The notes: generated by a model from the sequence alone, not told the origin. A stretch of DNA of 64,000 nt from Octopus vulgaris (GCA_951406725.2 OX597823.1:88784001-88848000), one strand, 5' to 3'; counted from the first letter of the stretch, positions 25,274-38,383 are shown. Numbers and translations: made by a program.

Positions 25274-25410
25274 AAAGGAAATGAAGAAAATGCTGACAAA
25301 ATAATTTAAGTAAGAGAGAGTGTATTTAATTAGTGTATCATCAGATAAGAGAAAAATACACTCTCCCTTACTTAAATTATTTTGTCAGCATTTTCTTCAT
25401 TTCCTTTCTT
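25271..25410. repeat. inverted repeat, about 57-bp arms, within (TA)n
   Basis: aagaaaggaaatgaagaaaatgctgacaaaataatttaagtaag... / ...cttacttaaattattttgtcagcattttcttcatttcctttctt. Confidence 0.9.
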
Positions 25411-26238
25411 TATATATCACAACTCGTGTTCCACATCTCCTTTTTTAAATATATATATATATATATATGTGTGTGTATGTGTGTGTGTGTGTGTGTATGT
25501 GGGTGTGTGTGTATTTATGTATGTATGTATACATATGTATGGATACAAATCACTGCATTGTTACGATACATTTTACGCCTGTAACATATTGGTAGATGCT
25601 ATGTAATCATTATGATAGACTCAAAGTCTAAAACGCACCTCACCAACGTTCTGCATCTGTAAATTTTTTTCATTTTAGATGAAAAATGTCGTATCTGTTT
25701 ACATAAACTCAACGGATAGAATGGAATCCCTGGTGTATATCCAGCGGCAGAAGCATTTCCATTGTATGACGAAGTTAGGTTCCCAATAAATGTGGACGAG
25801 TTTTGCATAGCATTCTACAATGCTTTTACCCGAATCTTATTTAATTCTGTGTGTGTGTATGTGTTTGTGCGTGTGCATGCGTTTGCGTGCAGGCGTGCGC
25901 GTGTGTGCATAAAGCCGTTGGATTGACTCTGATTTCAAAAAATCAGCAGCATGAAATATAACGGTAAAGACGAACGAATGTGTGCTTCTGTACTGTTGGA
26001 AGTTTTGCTCGCGGTAAAGCATATCAAACAGTCCCAAAATAGGACACATTATATCATACCTAAACAAGTTTGACAGCCACGACTAGTAAGTTCGTATTAT
26101 ATGTCTACTTTATCAGGATTATTACCATAAAACCCTACTTCCCAGTGATGCGTGCTTTAGCTAATGTGCGTGTCACTCGGGGCAGCCATTGCGCTTGTCA
26201 CCCCACCAACTGGGCCTTTAAGCCCTTATATAGTTATA

Positions 26239-26542
26239 TCACATGATCACATGACCGACCAGACCATCAGACGTTGTTACACATCGCTGGTCACAATGCG
26301 TTCGCATTGTTTTAGCCTTCGAATGACGCCACCCCGCTGGCTAAGCGAGCAGGCCAACAGAAGAAAGAGTGGTAGAAGGTGTGGTGAAAGAGTACAGCAG
26401 GGACCACCACCCCTTGCCGGAGCCTCGTGGAGCTATTTTTAGGTGTTTTCGCTCAATAAACAATCACAACACCCGGGAATCGAAACCGCGATCCTACGAC
26501 CACGAGTCCGCTGCCCTAACCACTGGGCCACTGCACCTCCAC
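26239..26542 (-). mobile_element. SINE family B, tail type 2
   Basis: Reverse complement of the 22468 copy; TSD tatatagttatat. Confidence 0.88.
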
Positions 26543-27024
26543 ATATATAGTTATATACCAACTCAAAAGTGTTGCTCTCATAAGGGCGCCGTTGGGGTCG
26601 GACCGCCCAAATTGAACCCTCCTCTCCTAGCACCACAACTGTCCCTTCCTCACATTGGTATAACTATTATATCACTCCACCACGAATTCCTATGTCTACC
26701 CCACGCTTCCATTTCCACACTTCGTCTGTTACTACTTTCAGCCCCGTCAACTTCTCTAATATTAATTTTCGTTCCTCATAAACTCACCTCAAACACTCAT
26801 TCATTTCTTCCTCCTCCTGTTTTATTTTCAAGTCATTACAATACCTCACCTCCTACTTTCTCACTAGTTCTCTTATATAATCATATAATTTCTCCTAATC
26901 CTCTAAATATATTTTTCAAATGTGGTATCGCCAGCATTGCGGATCAACTGTTTACGTTCCATGTACTCTAACTTTGATGTTACCAGGTAACTACCCCCAA
27001 TCTCTCTCCCTCCCCCTCTCTCTC

Positions 27025-27075
<51 letters not shown>

Positions 27076-27466
27076 CTATCTGTCACTCTCTATCTATCTG
27101 TTAATCTCCGTCTAGATGTCTGCTTATCTACTTATTTATCTGTCTGCCTGTCTGCCTCTCTCTCTCTCTCTCTCTCTTTATATATGAATATATATGTGTG
27201 TGTGTGTGTATACTCCTCACTCGTATCACTGTCGAACCGAGTGTTTAACTACGGTCTGTCCATAGAACTTAGCGTTACCTAACACTCTTTGCGTCTTCTA
27301 GATACCAATAGCTCTCATATGTGTGTATATATATCAGTCTGTATATATCTATATATTCTCTCTGTCAGTATCTGCTTGCCTCTCTCTCTCTTTCTCTCTA
27401 AATCCCTTCCTATATTTAGTTGTTTTCTTCTCTGTTTCTCTCCCTGTCTGTCTATCTCTCTAACTA

Positions 27467-27520
<54 letters not shown>

Positions 27521-27682
27521 ATATATATATATATGTATATAAATATATACATACATACATACATACATACATACAACATATATATGTGTGTGTGCGTGTG
27601 TGTAAGCCTGTCTGTCTATCTATCCGTCTATCTATTTCTCTTATTTATTTCATTCTCTCCGTAACACACACACACATACACA

Positions 27683-27750
<68 letters not shown>

Positions 27751-28355
27751 CTATTTAGCTGTTCTCTGTATACTTTCCTTGTATGTTTGTGTTTATATAT
27801 ACTTACATATATATACACACTCACGAATACATGCATATGCACACATACTTTTCCTTCCATACACGTGTGTTTGTGTTTGTGTGTGTGTCGAGAAACATAG
27901 AAGCCGACAGACAGTTAGAGAACGACACAGACACACACACATATACATACAGATACATTTTCAAACACATACACATACACACACGTCTTTCTACTCATCT
28001 TGGTAGGAACTTTTTTGTGTAAGTGTGTCTGTGTGCGGGTTTTTTTCTACGTTCAGCTCAGGTTTCAAAATATTTCAGAAGGTTGACACACTTAACAATG
28101 CAATCTCTCACTAATAGTGCGGCAGAAAAAAAAAAAACTATGTTTATAGAAATACGAAGACACAAACATCAGTTAAATACGAGCAAGGAATTCTACAGCC
28201 GACGTCGTTTGCCAGATAAAATAATACGTGCAACAAGAGATGCCAAAGATCGCGGCTTCAGTGATACATAACTACACAACAACTCAACTGCTGCTGCTAC
28301 TGCTATTGCCGTTGCTAATGACAACAACTACAACAACAACAACAACACCAACAAC

Positions 28356-28390
<35 letters not shown>

Positions 28391-28479
28391 TATTAATAAT
28401 AATAATGATAATAATAATGATAATAATAATGATAATGATAATAATGATAATAATAATAATGATAATAATGATAATAATA

Positions 28480-28512
28480 ATAATGATAATGATAATAATA
28501 GAAATAATAATA

Positions 28513-28544
<32 letters not shown>

Positions 28545-28589
28545 AAAAATAATAATAAAAATAATAATAATAAAAATAATAATAATAAT

Positions 28590-28628
<39 letters not shown>

Positions 28629-28657
28629 AATAATAAAAATAATAATACAAATAATAA

Positions 28658-28688
<31 letters not shown>

Positions 28689-28829
28689 AATAAATAATAA
28701 ATAATAATAATAACAACAACAACAACAAAAACAACAACAACGACAACGACGACGACGTCAACGACGACGACGTCAACGACGACGACGACAACGACGACGA
28801 CGACAACAATAATAATAATAATAATGATG

Positions 28830-28901
<72 letters not shown>

Positions 28902-29143
28902 GGAAGGGGCAGTCTGGCTAGTTTATGTTCATGCTAAAGAGACTTTTGAAATACTCTGTATATGTAATACTATTAATTTACGTCTTCAACTTTAAATATC
29001 TATTTTTAATTTCAGTGTTTATAGCAAATAGTACACTCTTTATTAAAGCAAGTTTAATATATAACTAGCTTTTATTATAGTTAACAGTCCCTTTGCTTAT
29101 CATTTCAATAATAATGATAATGATAATAATAGAAATAATAATA

Positions 29144-29181
<38 letters not shown>

Positions 29182-29288
29182 AAAAATAATAATAAAAATA
29201 ATAATAATAAAAATAATAATAATAATTATAATAATGATAATAATAATAATAATAATACTAATAATAAAAATAATAATACAAATAATAA

Positions 29289-29331
<43 letters not shown>

Positions 29332-29472
29332 TAAATAATAATAATAACAACAACAACAACAAAAACAACGACGACGACGTCAACGACGACGACGTCAACG
29401 ACGACGACATCAACGACGACGACGACAACGACGACGACAACGACGACGACGACAATAATAATAATAATAATG

Positions 29473-29535
<63 letters not shown>

Positions 29536-29750
29536 GGAAGGGGCAGTCTGGCTAGTTTATGTTCATGCTAAAGAGACTTTTGAAATACTCTGTATATGTA
29601 ATACTATTAATTTACGTCTTCAACTTTAAATATCTATTTTTAATTTCAGTGTTTATAGCAAATAGTACACTCTTTATTAAAGCAAGTTTAATATATAACT
29701 AGCTTTTATTATAGTTAACAGTCCCTTTGCTTATCATTTCAATAATAATG
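28480..29750. repeat. tandem duplication, period about 634 bp (compound AAT/GAT/AAC/GAC microsatellite plus about 205 bp unique sequence)
   Basis: ggaaggggcagtctggctag...cttatcatttc is repeated at 28902 and 29536. Confidence 0.9.
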
Positions 29751-29782
29751 ATGATAATAATAATAATGATAATAATAATAGT

Positions 29783-29926
29783 AATCCTTTCTGCTATGGA
29801 CACAAGGCCTGACATTTTGGGGGAGGAGGCAGACGATTACATCGAATCCTGCATGCAACTGGTACTTAATTTATCTACGCCGAAAGGATGAGAGGCGAAG
29901 TCGACCTCAGCGGAATTGGAACTCAG
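29783..29926 (-). mobile_element. SINE family C-related fragment
   Basis: aactggtacttaatttatc...gaaaggatgagaggcgaagtcgacctc.gcggaatt.gaactcag. Confidence 0.75.
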
Positions 29927-29972
29927 GATGATGATGATGATGATGATGATGATAATAATAATAATAATAATG

Positions 29973-30041
<69 letters not shown>

Positions 30042-30491
30042 GCAAATATTCTGCTCAATACCACAGATTTGCTTGTCAGTTGTTTGACCTTAACCAGTTG
30101 AGCATGTCCCTTAGTGGCTGACGATATGTGCATCTCTGATCACGAGCAGATATAGTGGGGGAGCATCATAGCCATGTGTTGAGAGGGATTCTTTGGGGTT
30201 TGAATAGTTCACCTCTGGAAACATGGGTGGTTCTTTCAACATCCTTAAGCAACCCTTGTTCAGGGACCGTTTGAGCGGGATGGGCTACTCAACTTGAAGA
30301 AAATTCTAACTGGGCCCCACCTGCAAGGTCATGTGCTGTTTATCTTGATATGAGATCACCATGTCGCGCACATATTGTTGTGATGCATGTGCCTGGTGTA
30401 CCTTTATCAGACGGGTAGTCATGATGGGTATATTGGGCTTCGTATATTTTACCCCAGTGTCACTTTGATGGCATGAACTGCTCTCTCACTC
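30042..30491. mobile_element. about 450-bp non-coding element embedded in (AAT)n
   Basis: GC-richer island with sharp edges and (AAT)n in the same orientation on both sides; no long ORF. Confidence 0.55.
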
Positions 30492-30534
<43 letters not shown>

Positions 30535-30538
<4 letters not shown>

Positions 30539-31915
30539 GAATATTATAGACGAGTTAGATCAATACTAAAAACAGAGCTCAATGCTAAAAACAAGATAAT
30601 AGGTATCAACACTTTAGCTGTCCCAGTTATAAGTTACAGCTACAATATCCTTAACTGGACACGAAATGAACTGTCCAAAATAGATAGGAAAACAAGAAAA
30701 ATACTGACAGGATCTAGGATGCATCACCCAAAATCTGACATAGAAAGACTATATATACAACGTATAGAAGGTGGTAGAGGCCTTATACAGCTGGAAAACT
30801 ACTATAAAATAACCACCATAGGACTGCAAAAACACCTACTTCAGAAGGAAGGAAAACTGATCCAGATAGCAGCAAAACACGAGCAAAACAAAAAACTGTT
30901 CTCAGTATTTAAGGAAGCTGACAAATACAAACAAGAAATCATACCCCTAATAAACACAAAGAAGAAGAAGAAGATGATGAAGAAACAACAAAAGCTATAA
31001 AACAAATGAAATCCAAACTAAAAATAGAACAGCAACGAGCCATGATAAAACGATGGCAAGAAAAACCCCTTCATGGTAAATACTGCACTAAACTAAACGC
31101 AAAAAAAATAGACAAAGAAAAATCCCAGCAATGGTTGAGAAGCTCAGGACTCAAAGCAGAAACAGAGGGATTTTTAATTGCAGCACAAGACCAAAGCCTC
31201 CCCACCAGAAATTACCAAAAACATGTAATGAAAAGAAATATTACAAGTAACTGCAGAATATGTGGAGATGGACAAGAAACAATAAATCATATTATCTCTA
31301 GCTGCCCAGTCCTGGCTAAGAAGGAATATGTTCACAGACATGACAGAGTTGGAACCTACATACATTGGAAGCTATGCCAACATTATGGAATAACAACAGA
31401 AAAAAGATGGTATAGGCACACACCAGAAAAGGTCACAGAAAACAAGAAAGCAACCATACTCTGGGATATGCCGATACACACAGATAGAGAAATTAAGGCC
31501 AACAGACCAGATATAGTTGTCAGAGATCATGAAGAAAAAAAATGCTTTCTAATTGATGTATCAATACCGGCAGATGACAACGTGTCCCTAAAAGAGGTGG
31601 AGAAACTCTCAAAATACAAAGACCTGGAAATAGAGGTAACTAGAATGTGGAACCTGAAAACAGAAACAATTCCTATCATAGTAGGTGCATTAGGCATGAT
31701 AAAAAAATATTCAGACAAATACATAACAAAAACACCAGGACTTACAAACACATATAACATACAGAAAATTGCACTACTAGGCACTGCACACATCCTACGC
31801 AGAACACTTTCCATACAATAACCATCAGAGCATCACAACAAATCACAGCACATACCCAAGGCACACAGAGCTGCGCTCGGTAGTGAAGTGAAAGCACGCT
31901 ATAAAAATAAAACTA

Positions 31916-32001
<86 letters not shown>
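30535..32001 (+). mobile_element. R4/Dong-clade LINE, 5'-truncated, inserted in (AAT)n
   Basis: RT thumb (NKIIGINTLAVPVISYS...RLYIQRIEGGRGL), CCHC finger CRICGDGQETINHIISSC, REL nuclease RPDIV...IDVSIP...KY; one frameshift near 30950; (AAT)n flanks. Confidence 0.93.
31006..31821 (+). CDS. R4/Dong ORF C-terminal part (Zn knuckle and restriction-like endonuclease), TE-derived
   Basis: 271-aa uninterrupted ORF with the motifs above; part of a truncated element, so probably not expressed. Confidence 0.75.
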   Translation: MKSKLKIEQQRAMIKRWQEKPLHGKYCTKLNAKKIDKEKSQQWLRSSGLKAETEGFLIAAQDQSLPTRNYQKHVMKRNITSNCRICGDGQETINHIISSCPVLAKKEYVHRHDRVGTYIHWKLCQHYGITTEKRWYRHTPEKVTENKKATILWDMPIHTDREIKANRPDIVVRDHEEKKCFLIDVSIPADDNVSLKEVEKLSKYKDLEIEVTRMWNLKTETIPIIVGALGMIKKYSDKYITKTPGLTNTYNIQKIALLGTAHILRRTLSIQ

Positions 32002-32003
<2 letters not shown>

Positions 32004-32290
32004 CTACTACTGTTGCTGCTGCAATGATGACGATGATGATGATTATACTGCTGTTTCACTGCCGGCGCTGCTGCTGCTGCTGCTACTACTACTACCACTA
32101 CTACTACTACTACTACCACTACTACTACTACTACTGCTGCTGCTGCTGTTGCTGCTGCTACTACTTCTGCTGCTACTTCTACTGCTACTTCTACTGCTAC
32201 AGCTGCTGCTGCTGCTGCCACGGAGACATCGGCAGTGGGGTCTGCTGCCACCATCACCGCCAACACCAACACCAACAACACCAATCCAAA

Positions 32291-32369
<79 letters not shown>

Positions 32370-32528
32370 GTTATTACCTCTACTGCAGCTGTTATTACTA
32401 GCACTACTACTACTGTTGTTATTACTAGCACTACTACTACTGTTGTTACTAATTGTTACTGTTATTGCAACTGCTACTTTCGCTACTACTACCTCTACAA
32501 TTGTGCTATGTATACAACTGCTACTACA
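32002..32528. repeat. compound (CTA)n/(CTG)n trinucleotide microsatellite
   Basis: Visible directly. Confidence 0.9.
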
Positions 32529-32536
32529 GCTATTTT

Positions 32537-33790
32537 GGATCTTTTCTAAAAGATGGACAGAATTTTCTACTTAACTAAATAATTTGAAACTTCGTATACT
32601 GGTAGAATGTCAAAAGAAAACATTAATTTCAATTATTTTTTTTGAGAAAAATGTATTTTGTAACTTTTACGTAGTTTAATTCTTCGAATTTTAACCAATC
32701 ATATTCTGGTAGAATGTGTCAAAAGAAAACATTAATTTCAATTAGTTTTTTTGAGAAAAATGTATTTTGTAACTTTTACGTAGTTTAATTCTTCAAATTT
32801 TAACCAATCATATTCTGGTAGAATGTGTCAAAAGAAAACATTAATTTCAATTAGTTTTTTTGAGAAAAATGTATTTTGTAACTTTTACGTAGTTTAATTC
32901 TTCGAATTTTAACCAATCATATTCTGGTAGAATGTGTCAAAAGAAAACATTAATTTCAATTAGTTTTTTTGAGAAAAATGTATTTTGTAACTTTTACGTA
33001 GTTTAATTCTTCGAATTTTAACCAATCGTATTCTGGTAGAATGTGTCAAAAGAAAACATTAATTTCAATTAGTTTTTTTGAGAAAAATGTATTTTGTAAC
33101 TTTTACGTAGTTTAATACTTCGAATTTTAAGCAATCGTATTCTCTGTTTTGAGCTCAATTCATATCTGCCGTGTTATTCATCCTTATCACTGTCTTCTGT
33201 TTTCTGTCTTCAAAGGCTTCTCGCATGTTTATTTCAATGTCATCCCTGACTTACGGAACGATTACCTGTGTGTGTGTTTTTGTTGTGTATGTGTGTCCGT
33301 GTGTGTGTTTGTTGTGTGTGTGTTATTGTTGTGTATGTGTGTGTGTGTTTTTTTGTTGTGTATGTGTGTGTTTGTTGTGTGTGTTATTGTTGTGTATGTG
33401 TGTGTGTTTTTGTTGTGTATGTGTGCGTGTGTGTGTGTGTTATTGTTGTGTATGTGTGTGTGTGTTTTTGTTGTGTATGTGTGCATGTGTTGTGTATCTC
33501 TTAAATCGATGAATTTTGTCGCCCAATAAAAATATTAGCGATATCAAAGTTAAAAAAATATCGTTAATATTTTTATTGGGCGACGAAATTCATCGATTTA
33601 AGAGATACAGAACACACGCACACATACACAACAAAAAAAACACACAACACACACACGCAACAATAACACACACACACACACACATACACATACACAACAA
33701 ACACACACACACACAACAAACACACACACGCGGATCTTTTCTAAAAGATGGACAGAATTTTCTACTTAACTAAATAATTTGAAAAGATCC
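32537..33790. mobile_element. non-autonomous TIR element, Merlin-like
   Basis: Termini ggatcttttc / gaaaagatcc; 8-bp TSD gctatttt at 32529-32536 and 33791-33798. Confidence 0.75.
32599..33142. repeat. about 109-bp tandem repeat, five copies, inside the MITE
   Basis: ctggtagaatgtgtcaaaagaaaacattaatttc...ttaaccaatcatatt repeated. Confidence 0.93.
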
Positions 33791-34361
33791 GCTATTTTTG
33801 CTATTATTACTACTAGTAGTAGTACTGCTGCCCCTACTATTATAGCTACTGCTACTTCTGCTACTGCTGCCAAAATACATGCTTTAGTTATTGATGTAAA
33901 TGTTTCCGCTAAGGTTAGCTTTGCATTTCAGCCCCGACCTCCAGCCACCCGTGGTTGATAAAAGAACTACTTGTTGAGTACAGGGTATTGATGGATTCAC
34001 GTAATGTCCTCAAAACTATTGGCCCTCTGCCTACCTCAGAAACCATACTAACATGAACGTTGTCTTTAAGGTGACCAGCTGACAGGATCGTGACGACGCT
34101 GGTCAAAATGCTTAACGCCATTTCATCAGTTTCTATATTCAGAATCACCACCTAAAAGCCCCAGGGAGAAAAGAAAGAAAAACAAACGAGGAAGAGAAAA
34201 AGAAAAAGAAGAAAGATGAAAAATCAAATGAAATGCGAACTCAGGAACTGTTGCTTTCAACCAGTAAGGAAGAAGAAGAACGACAGAAGATCGAAAACGA
34301 AAAAGAGAGCCAATGTGAGACAGAGGGAATTGTATCGGACTAAGAGAGTCGTGAAAGATAC

Positions 34362-34425
<64 letters not shown>

Positions 34426-35326
34426 CTTATAGGGAAAAATTTACGAAACCTCGTAATAAATGAAAAAAGTGTCGAAATCGAAAAGAGGGTCACAAAGATG
34501 AGAAACATTATAAGGGTAAAACTGGAAAACCATGAAGGTAGAAGGGGGTGGTATTGGAATGAGAGAGATGAGAGAGATTGGTACAACCATTTGGAAAGAA
34601 GAGAGTCGAAGTATCACCATTGCAATTTAGATACGACGAACTGCCGCTAGTTGTAATATTTGATGATATTGTTAAGTATACATTCAGTTAAAAAAGATTA
34701 GAGACTGTAATAGTAAAACACTAAAATGGAACTGCTTGCTTTGGGGGCGAGTAAGCCATTTCATCCTCACTTTTAATCATTCATAATTCATCTGACATGT
34801 ATTTATATGTACCCCAATGTATTGTTTTGTCTGTCCTTGTGGTGTCCCGTCTTCATAAAGGCCATGTGCCTAAATAAAAGAAACCGAACCGGAACCGAGA
34901 CGTCGATTTCTGTTGAGTCGAGTCGTCAGAAGTGAGAGTTCGGTAGTTGAGCAGAGGTACGTTATTGGTGAAGGCACGCAATGCGAACGTGTGGTATAAC
35001 AGTTTCAAATACCCTCAGGTCTTCAATATTCTGACCAAATGCTTAAGAGATCTGTGTGATATGGTTTTGATGTCTACAAGAGATAACTGGACATTCTGTA
35101 ATTTAAAAAAACCGTGTGTCTATTTTCACTTAAAAGTTCGTTTAGTCCTGTTATTCTTTCATTTCCAAAATTTTGGAAACATCGTTGCATATCTCTCTAA
35201 AGAAGCAGCTCATTGAGTGCAGATACACCGGATTTTGGTAACATTGGTCTGAATCTCATATAATTGATATTTGTACAAAAAAATCAACAGCTGGCATGGT
35301 TCTTCTTTAGAACACAGCGAGACGTG

Positions 35327-35364
<38 letters not shown>

Positions 35365-35371
<7 letters not shown>

Positions 35372-35760
35372 TAATCCAAACAGAAAACAAAAAAGACAAC
35401 AACGCAAGGAGGTGGAACAAATAAAGTATTATTAGGCGCTCAGGAAAAAAGGGAAGAAGGAGGGTATGACGTTTCGAGCGGAGCTCTTCGTCGGAAACAT
35501 AGGAGAAAGAAAGATCTCGAGGTGGGAGGACAGAGGGAAAAAAATGCAAGTGGTCTCATGTCGTCGACATACTGGAAAGGCGGAAATAGTAAACAAGAGA
35601 GTGTGGGTTTTCAAAGACAAGAGAGCGGAAAAAGAAGGAAGGTAAACAAACAGTGTGCGGGAGTGTGTGTGTGAGTGTGTGCGTGTGTGTGTATATGTAT
35701 GTATATGTTGGGCGAAAGCTGGGGCAGCATCAGTCGCAACAATGTGAGAGATGACAGGGG
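35365..35760 (-). mobile_element. PLE pseudo-LTR-like repeat with hammerhead variant
   Basis: Minus strand CCGACGA-A-GAGC-TCC-GCTC-GAAA-CG-TC at 35468-35494; adjacent to a GIY-YIG fragment. Confidence 0.65.
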
Positions 35761-35808
35761 TTTGTATGTGAGTTATATATATATATATATATACATATAT
35801 ATGTATAT

Positions 35809-35912
<104 letters not shown>

Positions 35913-35929
35913 CACACCCAAATCTGTGA

Positions 35930-36380
35930 AAAGTTACCTAACACAAGCCCAAATACGCTCAACAACAACACTGAAGCCGTCAGTAAAAATTGCGGAAGAC
36001 CCGACTGTGGGATATGCGTCAATTTAATTGAGGGATCAGAGTTCTCCTTCAAACAGGAACAACATTTCACAGGGAAAAGCAGCTTCTCATGTGCTTCGGT
36101 GAACCTGATATACGCACTAACCTGCTTTCAAGACCAATATATAGCCTAAACAAAAAACAGTCTTCGTCAAATGATGGCTCTGCACAGATCCCAGATAAAA
36201 ATTCCGAAACACAGAAAAATACCATTCGGCCAATATATCGACATTTGCGCCAATAGCAAAAATCCAAGCTTCAGAATTTTTCCCCTCTATCAAATCATGG
36301 AGGATACAACCTGTAGCCAACGAATTAGTAAAGGGTCGTTCTTTATCACGAAATACAGACCCATTTTGAACGCATCTACA
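35930..36380 (+). mobile_element. Penelope-like element GIY-YIG endonuclease fragment
   Basis: [17 protein letters not shown]...[15 protein letters not shown]...QYI...LHRSQIKIPKHRKIPFGQYIDICA...FRIFPLYQ...FFITKYRPILN (frameshifted). Confidence 0.85.
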
Positions 36381-36905
36381 ATAATTGACATATCCACCAC
36401 GACCTTAGAATAACACATACGCAAATATTAAAAATGATACATTCAAAAGAGATACCCAAGAATTCGTTAAAAACGGTCCTAATCACTACTATAATCCACA
36501 ACGATTTACTTTTAGTCACTTGATCATTTAACATCCTACTACTAACATAGCACTCCCGAATTATCATCATCATCATCATCATTATACTCATCCTCTTCCT
36601 CCTCCTCCTCCTCCTCCTCCTCCTCCAAACTTTAAAAGTCTCAATGACTAAAACCGGTACTAAAATATTTTTTCATGATAAAATTATTTTAGCATTTTCT
36701 ACCTTGACATTTTCCTTATACATATCAACTCGTGTGTTCCTTCTTTACCTTCTACATACACACACATTCACACACACGCATATATGGGTCCAGGAATGAA
36801 GATCACTATCTCGCGACTATGAGTGTAACACAGTAAGTATGCACCTTCATTAAGACAAATATACATCCATATATAGAAACATATACAATTTTACATATAC
36901 ATACA

Positions 36906-36941
<36 letters not shown>

Positions 36942-36954
36942 TATACGTTTAAAT

Positions 36955-37215
36955 ATTTGTTGTGCAAGATTTTTTATGTGAAGTCGTGTGTTGAAACAGA
37001 TATTGTTATATTTCGGAATGGTCATATTGCCAGTTTAGCCAATAAAAACACACGCACTATATATTTGGTGTTATTTTGCTTCAGTGATATTTATTTTTTA
37101 CATTAATCTTAATCTTATTTCGGCCAAAGTTCTTTCGTCACACTCCTGTGACCGCATCAGTGGTCCTTTGTTTTCTTCTCACTTACTTGTGTCTCTCCTT
37201 ACTAACCGTCAGCCA
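36955..37215 (-). mobile_element. repeat with degenerate hammerhead (second PLE-LTR-like family)
   Basis: Minus strand CTGATGC-G-GTCACA-GGAG-TGTGAC-GAAA; flank tatttcgg.atggtcat...aataaaa.cacgcac is shared with 46820-47020 and about 46030. Confidence 0.55.
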
Positions 37216-37218
37216 TTT

Positions 37219-37287
<69 letters not shown>

Positions 37288-37923
37288 TATACAGCAAAAG
37301 AGGGACAGTGAGACAGAGAGAGAGAGAGAGAAAAAAAAAGAGTGTGAAAGAGAGAAGGAGTGAGAGGAATACAAAACTACATAAAGAATTATTAATCATA
37401 GAACGCTTTACATCATAATCAATTCAATAACAAAAGAGAAACCGTAGTCTTTGGTAGATCTATGGTAATGTAATACGGTCTGGTTTTCGTTGAAGAGTCA
37501 TTATATTTTTATCAGAATTCACTTAAGGAATTGATGTATTTTATATTCAAAATTTAATCTAAAGGCCAGAAGATGTATTATAAATGGAGACTTTCTGGTG
37601 ACGCCTTCAGAATTTACTAATAATATACATCAAGACTGAGAACAACTTACTTGTAATGAAATTATTGGGAAAGATTTCATACTCGAATATTAATGTATCT
37701 CGAGATGTAACTACAAGTAGCTATTAATTGTGGTTTTATGTATTGGGTGTGTATGTATCACTGAACTGGAGATTGCATATAAAATACATAGACTCAAGTG
37801 AAAACTACGAATAATTAATGTTAATTGGATATATGATAGAATGAACAAAATATAGGGAAAATTATATGTATATAATGTATGTATATAGGGAAAATTATAT
37901 GTATATAATGTATGTATATATAA

Positions 37924-37964
<41 letters not shown>

Positions 37965-38369
37965 CTCTCTTTTACTCTTTTACTTGTTTCAGTCATTTGA
38001 CCGCGGCCATGCTGGAGCACCGCCTTTAGTCGAGCAAATCGACCCCGGGACTTATTCTTTGTAAGCCCAGTACTTATTTTATCGGTCTCTTTTGCCGAAC
38101 CGCTAAGTGACGGGGACGTAAACACACCAGCATCGGTTGTCAAGCAATGCTAGGTGGACAAACACAGACACACAAACATTTACACAAACACTTATATATA
38201 TACATATATACGACAGGCTTCTTTCAGTTTCCGTCTACCAAATCCACTCACAAGGCATTGGTCGGTCCGGGGCTATAGCAGAAGACACTTGCCCAAGATG
38301 CCACGCAGTGGGACTGAACCCGGAACCATGTGGTTGGTTAGCAAGCTACTTACCACACAGCCACTCCTG
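37965..38369 (-). mobile_element. SINE family A, young copy
   Basis: Reverse complement of the 17646 copy. Confidence 0.93.
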
Positions 38370-38383
38370 TATATATATGTTTG

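Noticed and set aside
28228-28704. Long poly-I/M/T, YI and CV ORFs throughout the ORF track
   Set aside because: Translations of (AAT)n, (TA)n, (CA)n and (CTA)n microsatellites.
32599-33142. Regular repeats resembling a CRISPR array
   Set aside because: Units are contiguous with no unique spacers, there are no cas genes, and the context is eukaryotic.
34652-35243. Possible solo LTR (TGTAA...TAACA with AATAAA)
   Set aside because: Flanks (ctagt / ttggt) do not form a convincing TSD and there is no second copy or internal domain.
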